A DNA stretch of 34,591 nucleotides from Limisphaerales bacterium. GTDB lineage: Bacteria > Verrucomicrobiota > Verrucomicrobiia > Limisphaerales > SIBE01. Below, piece by piece: positions 27,752 to 34,591 of this stretch (positions are counted from its first letter, which is position 1; each line of letters starts with the position of its first letter). The stretch covers positions 1 through 34,591 of the forward strand of contig JBGAIN010000085.1 of NCBI GenBank assembly GCA_044225505.1, read 5' to 3'. Under the pieces are notes generated by a model. That model was not told where the DNA came from. It ran no database searches and saw only the letters and a list, made by a program, of their open reading frames with translations. A program made the position numbers and the translations under genes.

Positions 27752-28345
27752 ATGAAGATAGCGCACACGCTCCTTGTTCTCCTCGCTACGGCTACGTTGG
27801 CCCACGGCCAAGGCCAGTTCGTGTTCAACAATCGGATCGGAGCGGAAGTGAACGCCCGCTTTGTGCTGCCCAGTGATGCGACCGGCACCAGTTCCATCGG
27901 TACTCCGGACTATTACGTGCAACTGTTCGGCGGTCCTATTGGGACGCCCGAGTCCCAACTTCTACCGCTTGATCCGTCCAGCACTACCTTTCGCGGTGCT
28001 GCCGGGACGACCACGGCAGGCTATGTGGTCGGAGTCACTCCGACAGTGCCAGGGGTCCCGGTCGGCGGCAACGCGTCCGTGCTCCTGCGATTGGTTTCCC
28101 TGAACGGCTATTCGTGTGATTTTGGCCCTTACACGGTCAATGGGCTTGGCGGCGGGACGACCACTCCACCCAACCTGCAACTTGGGACCTCGCCTCTTTT
28201 CTGCGTGCCCGAACCCTCAAGCTACCTGCTCGGCGCGGCAGGGATGGCCGCGCTCGCGGCGAGGGGCTCTTTGCGCGGTGGGCGTCAGCCCAGAGCCTTG
28301 TCAGGCCAGGATCGGTTCGATCACCTCACCCGCAACGTCGGTTAA
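27752..28345 (+). CDS. PEP-CTERM sorting-domain protein
   Basis: Signal peptide ending AHG, Gly/Thr/Pro-rich body, [20 protein letters not shown]. Confidence 0.85.
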   Translation: MKIAHTLLVLLATATLAHGQGQFVFNNRIGAEVNARFVLPSDATGTSSIGTPDYYVQLFGGPIGTPESQLLPLDPSSTTFRGAAGTTTAGYVVGVTPTVPGVPVGGNASVLLRLVSLNGYSCDFGPYTVNGLGGGTTTPPNLQLGTSPLFCVPEPSSYLLGAAGMAALAARGSLRGGRQPRALSGQDRFDHLTRNVG

Positions 28346-29773
28346 CCGTTCGTCACGTCCATTGTGTAAGAACGTGAGGTTGGTATGGTCCAGCCCCATG
28401 AGATGAAGGATGGTTGCGTGAATGTCATTCACGTGGGCTCGTCCTTCCACAGCTTTTAAACCGATCTCGTCTGTGCTGCCGTAGATCGCCCCGGGTTTAA
28501 CCCCGCCGCCTGCAAACCACATGGTGAATCCGGTCGCGTTATGGTCACGGCCGCGACTCCCTTTCTGGCTGACCGGCGTGCGTCCAAACTCGCCTCCCCA
28601 AACCACAAGCGTCTCGTCGAGCAGCCCGCGCCGATCCAGATCCGTGAGCAACGCCGAGACAGGACGATCGGTAGCGCCGCACATCTTCTCATGATTGGCA
28701 TTGACGTCGTCATGGGCATCCCATTGCCAAGCCACCGGCCCGCCGCCCGAGTAGAGCTGCACAAAGCGAACGCCACGCTCAACCAGACGGCGAGCAATCA
28801 GGCAACGCGTCGCAAACTCGGCGGTTTCTGGCAGATTCAAACCGTATAATGCTCGTACCTCCGCAGTCTCCCGAGAGAGATCGACCGCCTCAGGGGCCTC
28901 CGCTTGCATGCGGAACGCGAGTTCATAGCTGGCAATGCGGGCTTCCAATTCAGTATCTCCAACTGGTGTTTCACGCCGATTCAATGTCTGCAGGTAATCG
29001 AGGAGGCGGCGCTGCCTGGCGCGGTCGTAGCGCGGATCGCTCGGGGACAAGTTCACGATGGGATTCGCGCCGGGCCGGAATAACGTTCCTTGGAAAGAAG
29101 CCGGTAGAAATCCAGAACTCCAACACGGGGCGCCGCCCTCCGGAGTGCCTTGGGGTTGCGCCATCACCACAAAAGCCGGGAGGTTTTGCGATTCGCTCCC
29201 CAACCCATACGTGAGCCAACTGCCGAGGCTCGGATACCCCATAAACATCCTCCCGGAGTTCATTTGATAATGGGCGGGCGCATGGATGACACTATCCACC
29301 ACGCAGGAGCGCACCAGGGCGATCCGGTCGGCGTGTTGATGCATGTGCGGGATAAGATCGGACATGTCCATTCCCGAGTTGCCATAACGGCCCCATTGGC
29401 GCGTGGAGCCGAGACAGATCGGATCGTCCTCCACAAATTGGCTGGTGACCTTACCGAAACTCGGGGGAAGCTTTTGACCATGCAATTTGTCGAGGGCGGG
29501 TTTGGGATCGAACAGTTCCATCTGGCTTGGACCACCGACCATAAAAAGAAAAATGCATCGCTTGGCCCGCGGCGCGAAATGAGGTCCGTGCGCACTGGCT
29601 GGAGCTTTCGCTGCGGCCCGTGCGGGCACGGCTTCATTGGCCAGCAAATGGGCCAAGGCCATCGCACCAAAGCCTTGCCCGGCCTTTTGCAGAAACTCCC
29701 GCCGAGACCATTGTCCATGGGCGGGCGCGCACGGTCCTGGACAGCGCGTGAGATGGGAATGTTCAGGGGACAT
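28301..29773 (-). CDS. DUF1501 family protein with Tat signal (sulfatase-like, PVC superphylum)
   Basis: SRREFLQ Tat motif, [72 protein letters not shown]; start ATG 29773 overlaps upstream stop. Confidence 0.92.
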   Translation of the reverse strand: MSPEHSHLTRCPGPCAPAHGQWSRREFLQKAGQGFGAMALAHLLANEAVPARAAAKAPASAHGPHFAPRAKRCIFLFMVGGPSQMELFDPKPALDKLHGQKLPPSFGKVTSQFVEDDPICLGSTRQWGRYGNSGMDMSDLIPHMHQHADRIALVRSCVVDSVIHAPAHYQMNSGRMFMGYPSLGSWLTYGLGSESQNLPAFVVMAQPQGTPEGGAPCWSSGFLPASFQGTLFRPGANPIVNLSPSDPRYDRARQRRLLDYLQTLNRRETPVGDTELEARIASYELAFRMQAEAPEAVDLSRETAEVRALYGLNLPETAEFATRCLIARRLVERGVRFVQLYSGGGPVAWQWDAHDDVNANHEKMCGATDRPVSALLTDLDRRGLLDETLVVWGGEFGRTPVSQKGSRGRDHNATGFTMWFAGGGVKPGAIYGSTDEIGLKAVEGRAHVNDIHATILHLMGLDHTNLTFLHNGRDERLTDVAGEVIEPILA

Positions 29774-32042
29774 AAACGAATTCAGTGCTATTGAGTAGGG
29801 CGAGGGCAAAGTCGCACCAGCGATCGTCTTCCGATCTTTCACCTTGCGAGGGACCAACAAACTCCAAGGCGTCTCGCATTTCTCCAGCCGAAGGTTCTCG
29901 AGAGTAACAGCGTAAGAATGCCTCAGTCACCCTCGCGCGATCGTCTGGCAAATGGGTTAGGAGGCGAGCAAATGCTTTCGAAGCCCCCAAGGCAAATTCG
30001 CTATTAAACAAGACCAGGGCCTGCGGGGCATGAGTGCTCGCAGCCCGAACAGGACACGGCGTGAGCGCATCGGGAGCGTCGAATGCGTCAAACATCGGAT
30101 AGTGTACGTTCCGCTTCCGGTAGACGTAGATGGAACGGCGACATCGCTCCGCGAAGTTCTCGTTGACCGGCCAAAGCTCCACTGTTTCTTGCTCTGTAAA
30201 AATAAGCGAACGCACCTCCTTTTCCAGGTCGACCAGGACGCCGGGCCCGCCCGCCTTTGTATTGAGTTGGCCACTCGCCATCAAAATCGCGTCGCGCAAG
30301 GCTTCGGCGTCCCGTTTCTTACGAGTCATCCGCCAGAGGTGAAGGTTAGCGGAATCGCGCTCCTGACCATCCCGATTGTCGGCTTTTGAAGCGAGCTGAT
30401 AGGCCTTCGACGTCAGCATGAGCCGATGAATCGGTTTGAGGTGCCACCCGTTGCGGATCAACTCTCCAGCGAGGTAGTCCAAGAGGGCTTGGTTCGAAGG
30501 CGCTTCGCCTCGAGTTCCAAAGTCGGAAGAAGTCCCCACCAAACCACGCCCAAAATGATGTTGCCACAACCGGTTGACAATCACGCGCGCGGTCAAGGGG
30601 GTGTTGGTCGCTAACATCCACTGCGCCAGGGCCAATCGCCAACCTGAGTGAGTTTTGTCGATCGGCGCTGTTGGCGGATGGAAAACGTCCGCCCCACCCA
30701 TCCGCTCCAGAAGCACCTGCGGAGGTCCAGGTTCCACCGTTTGGCGTTTGCTCTTGATGCTGCCCCTCTTTAACACCCAGGTCTCCGGCCGTTGGCAGGT
30801 CTCCTCACTCAGGGCCATGGCCTGAGCAGGCGGTCGCGGAGCGCGCCTTTCCATCTCGTAGATCTGCCGTTTGAGCTCCTCGCGCTGTTCGTGGTCCATC
30901 GGGTTTTGCGCCACCTCGGCCGCGACTTCTTCCCAAGCGACTTTCAACGACACTCCGATACCCTCAAAAAGTCGATTCTCCTCGGGCGTTCGGTCTTGTT
31001 GCGGCTTGGTGCGAATCTCGCGTTCGCGGGCGGTGAGCGCTGCTTCCTTTCGTTGGATAAGGCGCTCGCGATAGGGCGCTTCCAGCTTCTGCTTTGCCTC
31101 TTCCAGGGGTTTCGTTTGCGCTTGAATGCGCTTCATCTCACGCTCATAGGCTTCTTTCTCGGAGAGATCGTGGAGAGGTATTTCCTTAAGGAGCGTTCCC
31201 GAAAAGAAGGCTTCCAATCGATAATAGTCTGTGGCCGGAAAGGGATCGAATTTGTGGTCATGACACCGCGCGCAACCGAGGGTTAATCCGAGAAACACCG
31301 ATCCGATCGTCGTGGTCGCTTCCACGAGTTCGTTCTGCCGACGCACTTCAGGATCGATATTTCCAGACACCACTTCTCGCGGCCCGCTCCGCGCAAACCC
31401 GGAGGCGATCAGCGCTTCGCGGTCGCCCAGGGCCGTTTCGTCGCCCGACACTTGAAGCGTGAGGAAGCGATCGAATGGCATGTCCTTGTTGAAAGCGTCA
31501 ATCACCCAATCCCGATAGCGCCAGGCATCTGGACGATCTGCGTCCAGTTCGAATCCGTTGGAATCGGCATAATGAGCTAAATCCAGCCAGTGCTGAGCCC
31601 AACGCTCTCCAAAGGCTGGCGAGGCCAGCAACCGGTCCACGACCTTGTCCCACGCTCGATCGGAGGCGTCGACGAGGAATGCTTTTAATTCGGACGAGGA
31701 TGGCAGCAACCCGGTGAGGTCATACGTCACCCGGCGCAGCAACTCTGACCGGGAAGCCAAACCAACCTGCGGAATCCGAAGTTCACTCAGTTTGGCGAGG
31801 ATAAAGGCATCGATCGGATTCTCGGCGCGTTGTCCTTCGGGCAGCGCTGGGGGCGCCACAGACCCGGGCGGAAGGAATGCCCAATGCTTTTGCGCTTTGG
31901 CAGATTTGGATTCCTCCCCGCCCATCACACGTCCGACCACAAGAAGGAACATCAGCGCTGCAAACGTCAAGGCGGACAGGCCTGTCATCCGGGTCTTCCT
32001 CCATCGACCCGGATGCGGATCTGCACTGGGAGCGTAAGTCAT
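29763..32042 (-). CDS. DUF1549/DUF1553 (PSD1, planctomycete cytochrome-associated) protein
   Basis: [75 protein letters not shown]; start could be 31988. Confidence 0.92.
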   Translation of the reverse strand: MTYAPSADPHPGRWRKTRMTGLSALTFAALMFLLVVGRVMGGEESKSAKAQKHWAFLPPGSVAPPALPEGQRAENPIDAFILAKLSELRIPQVGLASRSELLRRVTYDLTGLLPSSSELKAFLVDASDRAWDKVVDRLLASPAFGERWAQHWLDLAHYADSNGFELDADRPDAWRYRDWVIDAFNKDMPFDRFLTLQVSGDETALGDREALIASGFARSGPREVVSGNIDPEVRRQNELVEATTTIGSVFLGLTLGCARCHDHKFDPFPATDYYRLEAFFSGTLLKEIPLHDLSEKEAYEREMKRIQAQTKPLEEAKQKLEAPYRERLIQRKEAALTAREREIRTKPQQDRTPEENRLFEGIGVSLKVAWEEVAAEVAQNPMDHEQREELKRQIYEMERRAPRPPAQAMALSEETCQRPETWVLKRGSIKSKRQTVEPGPPQVLLERMGGADVFHPPTAPIDKTHSGWRLALAQWMLATNTPLTARVIVNRLWQHHFGRGLVGTSSDFGTRGEAPSNQALLDYLAGELIRNGWHLKPIHRLMLTSKAYQLASKADNRDGQERDSANLHLWRMTRKKRDAEALRDAILMASGQLNTKAGGPGVLVDLEKEVRSLIFTEQETVELWPVNENFAERCRRSIYVYRKRNVHYPMFDAFDAPDALTPCPVRAASTHAPQALVLFNSEFALGASKAFARLLTHLPDDRARVTEAFLRCYSREPSAGEMRDALEFVGPSQGERSEDDRWCDFALALLNSTEFVYVP

Positions 32043-32517
32043 CTTGGGAACTTGGTTCGACCGCGTCTGGAGTCACTATGGCTAATTGAGGAGAGAGGTC
32101 ACGCGCAAAAAGAAGAGCGAATCGCAGTGAAAACTAGGACGACGATCTCCCCCAAAGGGCCGGTCGGCGAGGTCGCTGTAATTCCGTGGTTCTGAGTGCC
32201 TGAAGCATAGGACGAAAAGACGGTTAAGCGGAATTCAAGGGAGAATCGTCGATGGACCTGGTTTAAGAATGCGAACCTGAGTGAGTGCGAGCAGGCGCGG
32301 CAAAACCGTGCGAGATGATATGCCCGCGTCGCGTGGGTTAAGTGCACTAACCCGTTGGCGAGCGCGAGATGCGTCCACTTCCAGCGTCCTGACAGGGAAA
32401 CCCCGAGGCAAGCGAACGGGGGGAAAGACCGAGCTCAGCTGGAACAGTTGGGCCAAGGGAATTTGCCATGCGTCGATCTGAACGCCGAAGCTAGGCGCTT
32501 GACTCGGTTGAATTCGC

Positions 32518-33175
32518 TTACCATTGGCCTACAGCGGCCAGCCTCGTAGCCTTTTGGTCATGCGCCTGCCCTTGAAGACTACCCAAAAGTGCCACAATTC
32601 AGTCTCAAACTCAAACATCACCTCCTCGAGTTCAACGCCGGAATAGATTCGACTATCTACCACAAACTCTTTCGTCTGCTCGTCACCCACGAACCTTCAT
32701 GGCGCACGTACCCTTTCCCAGCCAGGCAAGACCTCGCGGTTCTCCAAACCAGAATCTTTGAGGGCCTAGAGCGCGCCAATCCGTGCGCGGGAGGTCAGCA
32801 AGAGATTCTTTTCCGACAAGGTCCACCAAAACCCGCGCTCCAGGTTTGAGGGGCACGCAAACGTTGGTCATGACCCGCAAATCGTCAGCACGATTTTCGA
32901 AATAACCGAAGGTTGAGAAGATTGATAGCACCGTCGAAAGCCGCCTTGCGCCTGAAAGAAAGCATGCAGTCCTGCAAAAATTCGCCTGGACGCCGGCATC
33001 TGCAGCCCGCTGCTTGGCGTGCGCGAAATAAGCTAGGGTTCGATCGACACCTGTCACTCTATAGCCCAGACTCGCCAATTCCACGGTGTGTCGGCCTGGA
33101 CCGCAACCCAGATTCAGGACGTGTGCGCCGGGCGGTAGCTTGAGCAGCGAGGCGGCTTTCTGCGCTTCGCCGGAG
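32518..33175 (-). pseudogene. Decayed class I SAM-dependent methyltransferase
   Basis: VLNLGCGPGRH..VTGVDR; EFLQDCMLSFRRKAAFDGAINL in a shifted frame; FGYFEN..LKPGARVLVD; later frames give RIYSGVEL and GSLQGQAHDQKATRLAAVGQW-stop; at least 4 frameshifts, no N-terminus. Confidence 0.75.
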
Positions 33176-33468
33176 GCACCCATGCATTAAGAGAGAGGCA
33201 TTCAAGATGAAGATCTCTTCGCCGGAGTGCTCTCGCCCATTCTCGAAACACCACTGCAGAATCTCGCTGTCCGTTCCGGTCTGAACGCGATTCACAGGCG
33301 CCGCGTACTTGATGGGCAGAAACCTGCAGGACCAGGCGTCAGTTCCCGTGCCGCGCTAGTAATCTGCCGGCAGTTTACCTTGTTCGGAGGCGGCGAACTT
33401 TGTCGAAGTTTCGCCCAAAAAAGACCGATCCTCCCACTGTCTCAGCAGAGTGCCTCAGGGACTTTCAT
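33176..33468 (-). pseudogene. Decayed DUF5069-like gene, C-terminally truncated
   Basis: Across frames: LRHSAETVGGSVFFGRNFDKVR / GKLPADY-stop / CRFLPIKYAA..TDSEILQWCFENGR..EEIFILNA; frameshifts and in-frame TAG. Confidence 0.65.
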
Positions 33469-33794
33469 TGCGGTTAAGCTTTACAGTTCGCCGAAGCAGA
33501 CGTGGCTTCGTACTCCGTGCTACTTACCGTATCTGGCGCTCAATCCGGTATGAGTCAACGAAATCTTCGCGCCGTTCACTGCCGAATCATTTCAAGTCTG
33601 GCAGTAGGTGGGTGTGATCGCCCTGGAGATTTTCAACCCCCTCAACCGTTAGGATGACCAGATGGCAACTCGTGCACGAACGGACAGGCTCGTTATGACA
33701 AGTGGACTGTGCTCCGGCTTCTCTGGACTCTGATTTGAGGCATGACACTTCACCAATGATTGTTCAGTATCACTAAGGAAAGGAAACGTGAGTC

Positions 33795-34591
33795 ATGACT
33801 ACCGCAGCCAGTCCAAGCCACGATCTCACATCAGAACTCGAGGCGGTGCGCTTCGAGCTGAAGCAATGTCGGCTCGATCTTGAGGTGCTTAAGAATTCAG
33901 AGCAACTTGCCCGTGGAAAGGAGTCGGCTCGCGCCGATGAATGGCGACGCCGCGATGCCTATCTGGAGGAAGCCCAACGCCTGAGCCGTACAGGCAGCTT
34001 CGGCTGGAATGTTGCCACCGGCGAATTGTTTTGGTCTGCGGAGACGTTTCGGATTCTGGGATACGAAGCGACGATCCGTCCCAAGCTAGATCGAGTGTTC
34101 GAGCGGATTCACCCGCATGACCGGAGCTTTGTGCGGGACGCTCTCGATGCGGCCACCAAGGGCGAGAGCGGTCTGGATTTTGAACATCGCCTTCTCCTGC
34201 CAGACGGCGTCGTGAAGCATCTGCATATCTGGGCAAGGCCGACAAGGACGACGGAAGGTGCACTGGAGTTTGTGGGAGCAGTGATGGACATCACCGAGCG
34301 GAAGTTGGTGGAGGAGCAATTGCGGCGCAGCGAGGCCGATTTGCACCACGCCCAGCGCCTGACCGGCACATGCAGTTGGAAGCACGACCTTTCCACAGGT
34401 AAGGTTAAGGCCACACCGGAAACATATCGGATCTTCGACATCCAGCCCGACGAAGACGCTTCCGCTCCAGGCCTCTATTTTGGACGGATTCATCCCGAGG
34501 ATCGCCCGCGAGTGCAGGAGCTTTTCCAACGATGTACAATCGAAAAGGCCGACTACGAAGCGGACTTTCGCATCGTTCTTCCCGATGGAAC
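33795..34591 (+). CDS. PAS-domain sensor protein (likely histidine kinase or sigma-54 activator), truncated by window end
   Basis: My translation from ATG 33795: YLEEAQRLSRTGSFGW..WSAETFRI..IHPHDR..EHRLLLPDG..VGAVMDITERK, then a second PAS (RIHPEDR..DFRIVLPDG); open to the end, absent from the ORF track. Confidence 0.9.
   Translation, partial: MTTAASPSHDLTSELEAVRFELKQCRLDLEVLKNSEQLARGKESARADEWRRRDAYLEEAQRLSRTGSFGWNVATGELFWSAETFRILGYEATIRPKLDRVFERIHPHDRSFVRDALDAATKGESGLDFEHRLLLPDGVVKHLHIWARPTRTTEGALEFVGAVMDITERKLVEEQLRRSEADLHHAQRLTGTCSWKHDLSTGKVKATPETYRIFDIQPDEDASAPGLYFGRIHPEDRPRVQELFQRCTIEKADYEADFRIVLPDG

Noticed and set aside
32099..32517. Cluster of short ORFs upstream of the DUF1553 gene
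   Set aside because: No motifs or convincing starts; treated as non-coding or unrecognisably decayed.

Overview
GC-rich bacterial chromosomal window, most likely from a Verrucomicrobiota (Pedosphaera/Limisphaerales-like) organism. This is inferred from the PEP-CTERM, DUF1549/DUF1553+DUF1501, DUF5069-like and PA14 secreted-protein content. Left to right it holds: an ACT-domain (GcvR-like) gene; a PilV/PilW/PilX-like minor-pilin trio plus a small membrane protein behind a candidate sigma-54 promoter; a cysI-cysH-cysD-cysNC sulfate-assimilation operon divergent from nifS, with an IscR/Rrf2-like operator between them; a membrane-anchored hypothetical; tig; mutL; tRNA-His(GTG); about 1 kb of gene-free repeat-containing DNA; a ~1090-aa secreted PA14/Ig/jelly-roll protein split by a 1-bp deletion; a secreted TolB/PD40-like propeller; a YciI/DGPF gene with an ECF42-like promoter; thrC; a NagB-like enzyme; a pentapeptide-repeat/TIR fusion; a PEP-CTERM protein; a DUF1549/1553 + DUF1501 pair; two fused decayed pseudogenes; and a PAS-domain sensor running off the right end. 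Intergenic REP-like hairpins recur. No CRISPR array, intact transposase or integrase was seen. The best leads are a C-terminal domain shared by two unrelated secreted proteins (possible uncharacterised sorting signal), the stand-alone minor-pilin cassette, the pentapeptide-TIR fusion and the regulatory motifs. All family calls come from motif recognition by eye, not database searches.
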